Source of the DNA: an uncultured Ruminococcus sp. | Lineage (GTDB): Bacteria > Bacillota > Clostridia > Oscillospirales > CAG-272 | Assembly (NCBI GenBank): GCA_902761695.1 | Contig: CACWLT010000002.1 | Span: 13,210 to 61,834 of the forward strand | Direction of reading: 5' to 3' | DNA length: 48,625 nucleotides | Shown here: in pieces, positions 40,652-48,625 of the stretch | How positions within the stretch are numbered: position 1 is the first letter of the stretch | How the letters are laid out: every line of letters starts with the position of its first letter | Made by a program: the position numbers and the translations under genes | Notes under the pieces: model-generated | The model's input: the letters and a program-made list of their open reading frames with translations, nothing else | Databases searched by the model: none | What the model was told of the DNA's origin: nothing

Positions 40652-40705
40652 ATAACAAAACCTAAACATTTCCCGAACAAAACGCAAACACCGGGGGAGT
40701 AGAAT
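40652..40705 (+). promoter_or_regulatory. Four phased direct repeats (putative response-regulator site) + -10
   Basis: AACA at 40654, 40665, 40676 and 40687 (exact 11-bp period), then TAGAAT. Confidence 0.6.
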
Positions 40706-40747
40706 ACAGGCACAACAACAAAATCCACCCGAAAAAGGAGATTGAAA

Positions 40748-41068
40748 ATGATGTTCAGCATTCCCGCAGAAGACATGAGAAACGTGAGCCGCGCCGCGTC
40801 GAAGAAGGCGGTCGAAGCATACGAAACGGTGAAGGACGCGGTCGTGTCCGGCTATAAAGCCGTCGAAAACGGCACGGTCAGGGGTTACAAGGCCGTGGAG
40901 AACGCCGCGGTGAAGGGGTATGAGAAGACCGAGGACTTCTTCGTGGACAAGCTCTTCAAAAAGGAGGGCGAGACCGTGGAGGAGGCGAAGGAGCGGCTGA
41001 GACGGAACGCGCCCGGCAGTCAGACCGGAACGGAGGAAAAGAAGGAGGGCAGCGATGAACGCCATTGA
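40748..41068 (+). CDS. Small hypothetical protein with 11-aa repeats
   Basis: AAGGAG RBS; AVEAYETVKDA-VVSGYKAVENG-TVRGYKAVENA-AVKGYEKTEDF. Confidence 0.75.
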   Translation: MMFSIPAEDMRNVSRAASKKAVEAYETVKDAVVSGYKAVENGTVRGYKAVENAAVKGYEKTEDFFVDKLFKKEGETVEEAKERLRRNAPGSQTGTEEKKEGSDERH

Positions 41069-41972
41069 AATTCGCGGGCTGAAAAAGTCCTTCCGGGGGC
41101 TGTACGCAGTGGACGGGCTGAATATGACGGTTCCCGTCGGCGCGATCTACGGCTTCATCGGGGAGAATGGCTCCGGCAAATCCACCACGGAAAAGCTCGT
41201 CTGCGGGCATCTCGTCCCGGACAGCGGCAGGATCCGGCTCTTCGACCGGCCCTACACCGACGCGGGCGTGCGGGTCCGGGTGGGCGCGCTGATCGAGAAC
41301 ACGGGCTGCTTTCCGAATTCCAGCATCTATCAGAATCTCATGATGCAGGCGATCAACCTCAACCTCGCGGACCGGGCGGGGGAGATCGAGCGGGTGCTCC
41401 GAATCGTCCGGATGGAGGACGAGGCGAACCTGAAATTCAAGAAATGCTCCCTCGGCATGAAGCAGCGGATCGGCATCGCCATGGCCCTGCTCGGCGACCC
41501 GGCCCTGCTGATCCTCGACGAGCCGATCAACGGCCTCGACACGGACGGGATGCGGATCATGCGGGAGATCCTCGTGGACATTACAAAGAACTATGGCTGC
41601 ACCGTGCTCATTTCCTCCCACATCCTCGGGGAGCTGGAGAAAATCGCCACCCACTACGGCATCATCCGGCAGGGGAAGATGGTACAGGAGCTGTCCGCGA
41701 AGGAGATGGAGGGCCGGTGCCGCACATTCACCACGGTCAAGGCCCGGAACATGGAGGCCGTATGGAACGAACTGCGCCGGATGTACCCCAATGTACGCAC
41801 GGAAGTGCGGGCGGAGGAAGGCGCGGTCCGGGTGTACGACGTGGACGACACGGAGGGGATCGTGGGGCGGCTGATGCAGAACGGGATCGCCGTCACGGAA
41901 ATCGCAAAGAACCGGATCGGCCTTGAAGAATACTACATCGAGCTGATGAGCGGAAAGGGGGCGACGGCATGA
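41055..41972 (+). CDS. ABC exporter ATP-binding protein (BcrA-like)
   Basis: GENGSGKST, CSLGMKQR, LILDEPINGLD, ISSH. Confidence 0.92.
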   Translation: MNAIEIRGLKKSFRGLYAVDGLNMTVPVGAIYGFIGENGSGKSTTEKLVCGHLVPDSGRIRLFDRPYTDAGVRVRVGALIENTGCFPNSSIYQNLMMQAINLNLADRAGEIERVLRIVRMEDEANLKFKKCSLGMKQRIGIAMALLGDPALLILDEPINGLDTDGMRIMREILVDITKNYGCTVLISSHILGELEKIATHYGIIRQGKMVQELSAKEMEGRCRTFTTVKARNMEAVWNELRRMYPNVRTEVRAEEGAVRVYDVDDTEGIVGRLMQNGIAVTEIAKNRIGLEEYYIELMSGKGATA

Positions 41973-42079
41973 CGATGAACCTGACGCCGACTTTCAAGAA
42001 TCCCACCTTCCGGGAGCGGATCGGCGGGATGCTGGGGGTGGACTTCTACCGCCTGTTCCACACGCCGCTCTTCTATATC
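41969..42079 (+). pseudogene. Truncated ABC permease (N-terminus only)
   Basis: ATGA-coupled to the ATPase; MLGVDFYRLFHTPLFYI is a typical permease start, then an abrupt switch to unrelated sequence. Confidence 0.65.
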
Positions 42080-42225
42080 AATAGTCAAAAAGAAGCATGG
42101 GCTGCGCCTGCCAAAACAACGCGGCCCATTTTATTTCCGATCTCCTCATTCGGTGCTCCTGCCCTGTCCATGGCGAGAAGCTCTTCCGCGAGCCTGCCGG
42201 GAAGGGATCTGCAGCAGGCCGGGAT

Positions 42226-42510
42226 TCATGTTTCATCCCCTGCGGGATTGTTTGCCTGGTAAAAATCTCCCGTTTCAAGCTCAAGCATCCGCCCGCGCTC
42301 GATATACGGCCGGAGCAGAAGCCGAAGCTCTCCTTCCGACAGGTCCAGCGCAAAGCACAATTCGATCCGGGAGATGAGCGGATGCTTTGCGAGAAGGTCG
42401 TCCAGTGCCTGCGCTTTGTCCGCGACCTCCCGCGGCTTGATCTTTCCGCCCGACACGGTCCGGATCGCATCGGCGAGGGCGTCGTAACCGTTCAGGGGAC
42501 TGACCCGCAT
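42226..42510 (-). CDS. Hypothetical protein or fragment
   Basis: 94 aa with protein-like composition (ISRIELCFALDLSEGELRLLLRPYIERG, vaguely HTH-like); no clear RBS. Confidence 0.35.
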   Translation of the reverse strand: MRVSPLNGYDALADAIRTVSGGKIKPREVADKAQALDDLLAKHPLISRIELCFALDLSEGELRLLLRPYIERGRMLELETGDFYQANNPAGDET

Positions 42511-42530
42511 GCCGCGATTCCCGTACTGTA

Positions 42531-42773
42531 TGGTACATCGCGGATGCGGAGAATCAGACCCTGCGGTACCGTCAGCTGGAACGCAAAGTCGTCGGCATCA
42601 CCGCCACCATGCTGACCAAATGCCTGCGCGAGCTGGAGCGGGACGGATTCGTTACCCGCACCCAGTACGCGACCATCCCCCCGACGGTGGAATATTCCCT
42701 CGCCGAGCGCGGCCGGACGCTGATCCCCGCGCTGGAGTCCGTCTACCGCTGGGCGGAGGAGCAGATGAGATAA
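42531..42773 (+). pseudogene. HxlR-family wHTH regulator, 5'-truncated
   Basis: Not in the ORF track: WYIADAENQTLRYRQLERKVVGITATMLTKCLRELERDGFVTRTQYATIPPTVEYSLAERGRTL...*. Confidence 0.8.
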
Positions 42774-42856
42774 GCGAAAATAAAAAAGAGACAGCCCGCT
42801 AAACTGTCTCCCCGTTTTGTTTCCGGAACCGTGATTCTGCATTCGTGCTTCCTGTG

Positions 42857-43186
42857 TCACCTCGCCGCGACGATCGTGAGCAGGACGAGATCCTCCGCTC
42901 CCGTGTTGACGATGCTGTGCTCCGATCCCTTCGGGCAGATGTGCATGACGCCGGGGTGCTGCTCTTCCTCCGCTCCGTCGCAGACGGCTTTGCCTGTGCC
43001 GGACAGGATGCAGTTGAGATCGTCCCCGGAGGTCTGGGCGTGGATGCCGATGGAACCGCCCGGATGGATCACGGTGTGGACGATCCGGTACCGATCGTCG
43101 TTGACCATCCGCACGGTCATATCTCCTGTGCCGCCGTTCATGCCCGGCATGGTAACCGCGGGGATCGCGCCAAAATCGATGCGCAT
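42857..43186 (-). CDS. Cupin domain protein
   Basis: PGGSIGIH, ILSGTG, CPKGSEHSIVNTG; AAGGAG RBS before ATG 43186. Confidence 0.85.
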   Translation of the reverse strand: MRIDFGAIPAVTMPGMNGGTGDMTVRMVNDDRYRIVHTVIHPGGSIGIHAQTSGDDLNCILSGTGKAVCDGAEEEQHPGVMHICPKGSEHSIVNTGAEDLVLLTIVAAR

Positions 43187-43258
43187 ATGCTTCTCCTTTT
43201 TGTTTGGAAAAGGCACCTCCCGCCCAAATGAGCCACGAGATGCCTTTTCCTTTATTTC

Positions 43259-43312
43259 CCGCAGGGTGTGGGATTTGAACCCACGTGACTTGACGTCAAA
43301 CGGTTTTCAAGA
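43259..43312 (-). mobile_element. 3' half of tRNA-Ser(UGA), a displaced att-site duplication
   Basis: Minus strand CTTGAAA-ACCGT-(TGAC GTCAA GTCA variable arm)-CGTGGG TTCAAAT CCCAC-ACCCTGCG. The 5' anticodon-stem strand, D-arm and 5' acceptor strand are absent. Confidence 0.8.
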
Positions 43313-43703
43313 TGACAATACCTATTGGACAATAGCGGATTATAGCGGACGATGCCGGAAGTTCACGGAAGATGGAAGAGGCCGAAAAGTGAATAAATAC
43401 AAGGGCTTCCGCATATTTGTACGAAAACTTTTCGGGAACGGGACAGGCATTGGGCTGGCGGGGTCTTTCTAATATTCAGTGGATTTTGTTAGAAAAAGTG
43501 TTAGAAAGGAAAGGAAGGTTCTGAATGACACCACATGGTTTGGCGCAAGTTAGACGGAGATATTTGTGATTTCTCCGTTCTTCCAACAGTTCCCTTTTGA
43601 AACGGATCGCGGCTGCGGGATGCTTTTCAGCAGAACAGCGCTTGCGGTGCGTCTTCTTTATTGAAGAAACGCCTTTACATGACCCGTCAGGGCGGAAACA
43701 GTA

Positions 43704-43732
43704 TTGACTCTGTTGAGAGTATGTGGTATAAT
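43704..43732 (+). promoter_or_regulatory. sigmaA promoter
   Basis: TTGACT-17 nt-TATAAT with extended TG. Confidence 0.75.
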
Positions 43733-43770
43733 CAAAATGAAAAGATATATCTATCAGGAGAGGATGTGGA

Positions 43771-46332
43771 ATGAAAGGAATGAGATTTGGCAAAAGAGCC
43801 TGGATCATCGCAGTCAACAGTCTGATTATCCTCTCTGTCATCGCCTTTGTCGCTGCCTATGCTGGGAAGTATAACAGGGACTACGTCTCGACGCGGGTCA
43901 GGGCGTTCGAGGACCGCACCTTTGCCGAGGAGCAGATCACGGCGAACTACCTGCGCGGCGAACAGCAGCTCTGTGATTCCTGGGCGGCCTACATCCGGGC
44001 AAACTCGCTGACGATGGAGGAGGCGGTGTCCTTTGTCCGCAGTTCTCTCACCAACAACGGCGTGACGGCGGCCGTCCTCTACGCGGATACCCCGGAGATG
44101 GACGGTCTGTCCGCCTCTCCGAAGAACGGGACGGAGGACGACTATTCCGTATCCTACCGGCAGATCCACCTGTTTCCGGAGGATGGGATCGGCGGTGGGG
44201 AAGGGGATCTCCCAAACGGGCGGATCAACATCACCCGCGCATATACCAACCCGATCAACGGCATCCAGTCCATCGCGTTCTATGACCGTGTGACCGTGAA
44301 CGAAGGCGACGCGGCACGTCAGGCTCTCCTGCTGCGGATTGTTCCTACCACGCTGCTGGAGAAACAGTGGGTTTTCCCGAAGGAGGAATTCCAGAACGCG
44401 GAGGTTTCTCTCATCGACGAAGAGGGGAACTATATCATTCGCAGCAATTCCTTCAAGAACACGAACTTCTATGAATTCTACAAGTCATACAACACAACGG
44501 ATCTGGCCGGGATCGAGGCGCTGAAGGACACGGTGGCCTCCTCGACGGGCTCCCTGGTGATGCGCAACTCCAGAGATCAGGAGTGTCTCGTTGCATATAC
44601 TCCTATGCAGGACTCGGAGGGATGGTCCATTCTCGCGTACCTGCGGATGGAGGACCTGGGAACGGGGAGCGTGGACTGGCTTCTCATCGGTGTGGTCACG
44701 GCGGGACTGCTTCTGCTTCTGCTGGTCGACGCCGCCGTCATGCTGAACTTCAACCGGAGACTGCGCGCGGCGGTGAAGGAGGCGGATGCGGCGAACCGCG
44801 CGAAAACGGACTTCCTTTCCACCATGTCCCACGACATCCGCACTCCGATGAACGCCATTATCGGTCTCACCGCCATCGCCGAGAAGAATCTGGACGACCG
44901 GGACTCCGTAAGCGACTGCCTCCGGAAAATCGGCATGGCGGGCAGCCACCTGCTCACCCTCATCAACGATATTCTGGATATTTCCAAGGTGGAGAGCGGG
45001 CGGCTGACCCTCAACGCAGCGGATTTCTCCATCGTGGATACAGCGGAGAATCTGGTCAACCTCTCCGCGCCTATGGTGAAGGAGAAGAACATCCGCTTCA
45101 ACTTCCGCACATCCGGCATCGAGAAGGAATGGCTCTGTGCCGATCAGCTGCGGCTGAATCAAATCTATATCAACCTGCTCTCCAATGCCGTGAAGTACAC
45201 GGAGCCGGGCGGATCGGTCTCGGTCAGCCTGAAGGAAGAGCCGGCGGAGGAGGAAGGAGACGTCCTTCTCACCTACGTCGTAGCGGACACCGGGATCGGC
45301 ATGACGCCGGAGTTCATGGCGAAGATGTATCAGCCCTTCTCCCGCCAGACGGACAGCCGGGTCAATACCATCCAGGGGACCGGACTCGGTCTGGCCATCA
45401 CGAAGCAGATGGTCGAGCTGATGAACGGGACGATCGACTGCGAAAGCGCGCCTGGGCAGGGGACCACCTTCACGGTGAAGCTGAAGCTCCCCGCAGCAAA
45501 GCGAAAAACGGCCGAGATGTCCCTTCCGGACGCGGACGTTCTGGTAGTGGATGACGACGAAGTCCTGTGCGAAACGGCCGTCGACACGCTGCATTCCCTC
45601 GGCGCGCAGGCGGAATCTGCCGCAGGAGCGGAAGAAGCGCTGGAGAAAATCCTCGGGCGTCACCGCGAGGGACACGACTGGAGCGTCATCATCCTCGACT
45701 GGAAAATGCCCGGCATGAACGGCGCTGAGCTGGCCCGGAGGATCCGGCAGGAAATCGGGGACGGCGTGCCGATCCTGCTCGTCTCCGCCTATGACTGGAC
45801 CGACATCGAGGAGGAGGCAAAGGCGGCGGGAGTGAACGGATTTGTCTCGAAGCCCCTGTTCCGCTCCACGCTCTATCAGAAGCTGAGCGACTTGCTCGGC
45901 CGGGAAGCGTCGGCAAACGAGGCGGAGGACGACAACTCCGATCTCGCCGGTATGAAGATCCTCGTGGCGGAGGACAACGACATCAACTGGGAGATCATCT
46001 CCATGCTGATGCAGATGAACGGTATTGACTGCGACCGCGCGGAAAACGGTCAGATTGCGGTGGACACCGTCCGGGATGCGCCCGCTGACCGCTACGATCT
46101 GATCTTCATGGACATTCAGATGCCCGTCATGAACGGTCTGGACGCGACACGGGCGATCCGCGCGCTCCCGGTTGGACACGCCAAGAGCATTCCAATCATC
46201 GCCATGACGGCAGACGCGTTCTCGGAGAACGTCGCGGAATGCATCGATGCCGGAATGAACGGGCACATCGCAAAGCCAATCGACATCAACATCGTATTGA
46301 AAGAGATCCGAAAGATCAAGGAGAATCAATAA
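43771..46332 (+). CDS. Hybrid sensor histidine kinase with extracellular sensor domain and two receiver domains
   Basis: 2 TM; FLSTMSHDIRTPMN, NLLSNAVKY, DTGIG, GTGLGL; REC1 VVDDD..LDWKMP; REC2 VAEDN..MDIQMP. Confidence 0.93.
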   Translation: MKGMRFGKRAWIIAVNSLIILSVIAFVAAYAGKYNRDYVSTRVRAFEDRTFAEEQITANYLRGEQQLCDSWAAYIRANSLTMEEAVSFVRSSLTNNGVTAAVLYADTPEMDGLSASPKNGTEDDYSVSYRQIHLFPEDGIGGGEGDLPNGRINITRAYTNPINGIQSIAFYDRVTVNEGDAARQALLLRIVPTTLLEKQWVFPKEEFQNAEVSLIDEEGNYIIRSNSFKNTNFYEFYKSYNTTDLAGIEALKDTVASSTGSLVMRNSRDQECLVAYTPMQDSEGWSILAYLRMEDLGTGSVDWLLIGVVTAGLLLLLLVDAAVMLNFNRRLRAAVKEADAANRAKTDFLSTMSHDIRTPMNAIIGLTAIAEKNLDDRDSVSDCLRKIGMAGSHLLTLINDILDISKVESGRLTLNAADFSIVDTAENLVNLSAPMVKEKNIRFNFRTSGIEKEWLCADQLRLNQIYINLLSNAVKYTEPGGSVSVSLKEEPAEEEGDVLLTYVVADTGIGMTPEFMAKMYQPFSRQTDSRVNTIQGTGLGLAITKQMVELMNGTIDCESAPGQGTTFTVKLKLPAAKRKTAEMSLPDADVLVVDDDEVLCETAVDTLHSLGAQAESAAGAEEALEKILGRHREGHDWSVIILDWKMPGMNGAELARRIRQEIGDGVPILLVSAYDWTDIEEEAKAAGVNGFVSKPLFRSTLYQKLSDLLGREASANEAEDDNSDLAGMKILVAEDNDINWEIISMLMQMNGIDCDRAENGQIAVDTVRDAPADRYDLIFMDIQMPVMNGLDATRAIRALPVGHAKSIPIIAMTADAFSENVAECIDAGMNGHIAKPIDINIVLKEIRKIKENQ

Positions 46333-47684
46333 TGAAGCAAAACATCCGGGCAATACTGGCGCTCCTACTCTGCGCCGCTTGCGTCGTCTGCACCGCGGGA
46401 TGCGCGTCGACCGACACCCCTGACGGAGGAAGCGCAGAGCAGCAGACACCTGTCGGCGAGGCTGAGGAAGAGATCCCGGCAGAGGAGCCTTTCGTGCCCT
46501 CCCTTCCCTCCGACACCGCGGCGACGGTGCATGTTGCAGGACACTACAACAATTTCGAAGCGCTGGAGGCAGAGTTTGACCGCTTCAACGAATACTATCC
46601 GGACGTAGAGCTCAGTTACACCTATCTCGACAACTACAATGGCACCATCGAGGTCGTTCTGAGCGGCGCGGAGGCTCCCGACATCTTTTTCTCCTATCCG
46701 TGGATGCTGGAGCGCGAGGATCTGAAATCGGTCATCGAAACGGCGGAGGACCTTTCCGATCCGTCGCTGGGACTGAATCTCTCCTGCATTCAGGAAAAGC
46801 TCCTGTACCGTGACGCGGACGGGAAGATCCCGATCCTCCCTGTGTTCTGTACGACCTATGGGATGCTCGTCAACGAGGCGATCTTTGAGAAGGAAGGCCT
46901 GAATATTCCCCGGACGTACGACGAACTGCTCTCCGTCTGCGGCGCGCTTCAGAAGGCGGGATATTCAAGCCCGATGATGGGCTACAGCCGGGGCAGTTTC
47001 ATGCTTTTCCCGCTGAGCTTCCCTTATTTCTGCGCGGAGATTCAGGGAAACGAGGAAGCGCTGGAAAATCTGAACGCCTTGACGCCCGGAGCCGGGGAGT
47101 ACGCCCGTGACGCGCTCGCGCTGGCCGCCGATTTCCTCGGGCGCGGGTACATCGATATGGACGCCTGCGGCGCGCTGGAGAACGACTATCAGGCCGTAAT
47201 CCTTCGCTTCTTCGAGGGAGATGTTCCCATGATGCTCGCCACGGCCGGAACGGTCTCCGGCACGGAAAAGCGGGAGAGCCTGTCCGACGCATATATCGCG
47301 CACCCCTTCAAGTACAGTTATCATCCCGTCCCCTCCACCGACGCGGGCGGATATTTTCTCAATCAGCTTTCCATGGGATTCTCCGTTAACCGGAACAGCG
47401 AAAACCTCGATATGGCGAACGAATTCATGCGCTTCCTCACCCGGACGGAGGAGCTGAGCAGAATGGCGCAGGTCAAGCGGATGGTGACGCCCTGCCGGGA
47501 TATGTCCTTCGACGGCGTCTATACCTCGTTCGGTGCGCTTTCGGGCGGACACGTGATCTATCTTTCAGACGTAGGGTTGGAGGATGCGCCGGATCAGCAA
47601 ATGCGCCGGGCAGGGACCCGGATCTGCAACGGATCCATGACCGTGGACGAAGCAGTCGCGGCATTTGGAACATTGGAAAATTGA
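46332..47684 (+). CDS. Extracellular solute-binding lipoprotein (sugar-type, family 1-like)
   Basis: TAATG-coupled to the kinase; TAGC lipobox; FNEYYPDVEL, APDIF, GMLVNEAIFEKEGL, PRTYDEL, FFEGDVPM. Confidence 0.8.
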   Translation: MKQNIRAILALLLCAACVVCTAGCASTDTPDGGSAEQQTPVGEAEEEIPAEEPFVPSLPSDTAATVHVAGHYNNFEALEAEFDRFNEYYPDVELSYTYLDNYNGTIEVVLSGAEAPDIFFSYPWMLEREDLKSVIETAEDLSDPSLGLNLSCIQEKLLYRDADGKIPILPVFCTTYGMLVNEAIFEKEGLNIPRTYDELLSVCGALQKAGYSSPMMGYSRGSFMLFPLSFPYFCAEIQGNEEALENLNALTPGAGEYARDALALAADFLGRGYIDMDACGALENDYQAVILRFFEGDVPMMLATAGTVSGTEKRESLSDAYIAHPFKYSYHPVPSTDAGGYFLNQLSMGFSVNRNSENLDMANEFMRFLTRTEELSRMAQVKRMVTPCRDMSFDGVYTSFGALSGGHVIYLSDVGLEDAPDQQMRRAGTRICNGSMTVDEAVAAFGTLEN

Positions 47685-47894
47685 AAATGGCATATCCATT
47701 CCTCGGATTTGATTTTGTAGTTCCCCTTTGGTGAAGGCACCGACTAAGAACAACTGCGGCGGTCGCACTGATCGGGAAGGCATGATAGACAATTCAAAAT
47801 TGCAAAGGATATTCTGCGTTGACCAACCCGGCGCGGCATTGTACAGCGGGAGAAGGCCGCTGCAGCTCAGGCACGCAGAGAAAGGGAGAAAATT

Positions 47895-48625
47895 ATGAGA
47901 AGCAAGCAATTCAGAGCCCTGTCGACAGTCATTCTTGCGGCGTCCCTCCTCCTCTCCTCCTGCCTGAAGATCCAGCGCATCGACCAGGGCGGAGGACCGG
48001 AAACGGATCCCGTCTCCCCGCTCACCTCACCTGAAACGGATGCGCCGGAAACCATGCCCCTCGCGCCCGATCCCGACCCGGCAGAGAACCGGACCGCCAA
48101 TTTTGACCTCGGCCTTCTGACGGAGCAGAATTCTATTTCTTCCCTCCTGAGCCGCCACGACAGCGTGACCGTGCGCCGGGAATACGACGGCGGGAGCGAG
48201 GTCGAATGTCTCTGGATGCGGGACGGCGACCTGGTGTATTTCAGCGACGAAAAGGCGTCCTACGACGGCGAGGAATACGAGGACCTGTACGGGTACTACC
48301 GCGGCTATAATATCTATCCCGACCCGGACGGGGAGACCTCGCTCAGTTACTGGGTTTCGGCCGAAGAAATTCCTTTCGGGAACGAGGCGGACACCCTGAT
48401 CACGAATTTCCTGCCCGCCGAGCTCTCCGGGGAGATGCGCGTGCTGTCCGAGGACGCGGAAACGGTGACGGTCCTTCTGCCGGAGACGCTGGTGTACGAG
48501 GATGGGAGCGAGGTCCCCTGCGAGAACACCGTCACGGTGAACAAGGGAACGCTGGACATTTACGCCTTCAGTTGGGAATATCCGGCGGAGGATGTTGTCC
48601 ACTCCGGATCCTTCACGGTGGAGTA
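47895..48625 (+). CDS. Hypothetical lipoprotein, 3' partial
   Basis: GGGAG RBS; MRSKQFRALSTVILAASLLLSSC lipobox, Pro/Asp/Thr linker, runs to the window edge. Confidence 0.75.
   Translation, partial: MRSKQFRALSTVILAASLLLSSCLKIQRIDQGGGPETDPVSPLTSPETDAPETMPLAPDPDPAENRTANFDLGLLTEQNSISSLLSRHDSVTVRREYDGGSEVECLWMRDGDLVYFSDEKASYDGEEYEDLYGYYRGYNIYPDPDGETSLSYWVSAEEIPFGNEADTLITNFLPAELSGEMRVLSEDAETVTVLLPETLVYEDGSEVPCENTVTVNKGTLDIYAFSWEYPAEDVVHSGSFTVE

Noticed and set aside
43259-43345. Complete tRNA-Ser gene
   Set aside because: The 5' half cannot be folded: the anticodon-stem partner and D-arm are missing. Kept only as an att fragment.

Overview
High-GC window that looks like Clostridia (Bacillota): T-box, near-consensus sigmaA promoters, dapL, GSIII. 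It has four parts. (1) 1-12.4 kb: a T-box-led XRE-cupin gene, GH4 alpha-galactosidase, two Cthe_2159-like secreted proteins, MarR, aldo/keto reductase, a class-M sirtuin, two flavodoxins and LysR. (2) 12.5-37.6 kb: a ~25 kb divergent nitrogen/glutamine supercluster. The leftward arm carries a split glutamate synthase, a degenerate type-I GlnA, a pseudo-receiver ANTAR protein, purC, guaA and pyrG. The rightward arm carries GSIII, an AmtB-PII fusion, asnB, purF, carAB, dapF and dapL. Both divergent leaders carry AAAGGC-loop hairpins overlapping terminators. (3) 37.6-43.3 kb: tag, an OmpR/kinase pair whose kinase lacks its H-box, an ABC ATPase and several gene fragments. (4) Beyond a 3'-half tRNA-Ser att scar at ~43.3 kb: a hybrid kinase and lipoproteins, probably inside an integrated element. 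The best candidate for a new system is a catalytically degenerate GlnA acting as nitrogen sensor for an ANTAR antiterminator that reads apparently single-hairpin RNA sites. All calls come from reading motifs by eye; no searches were run.
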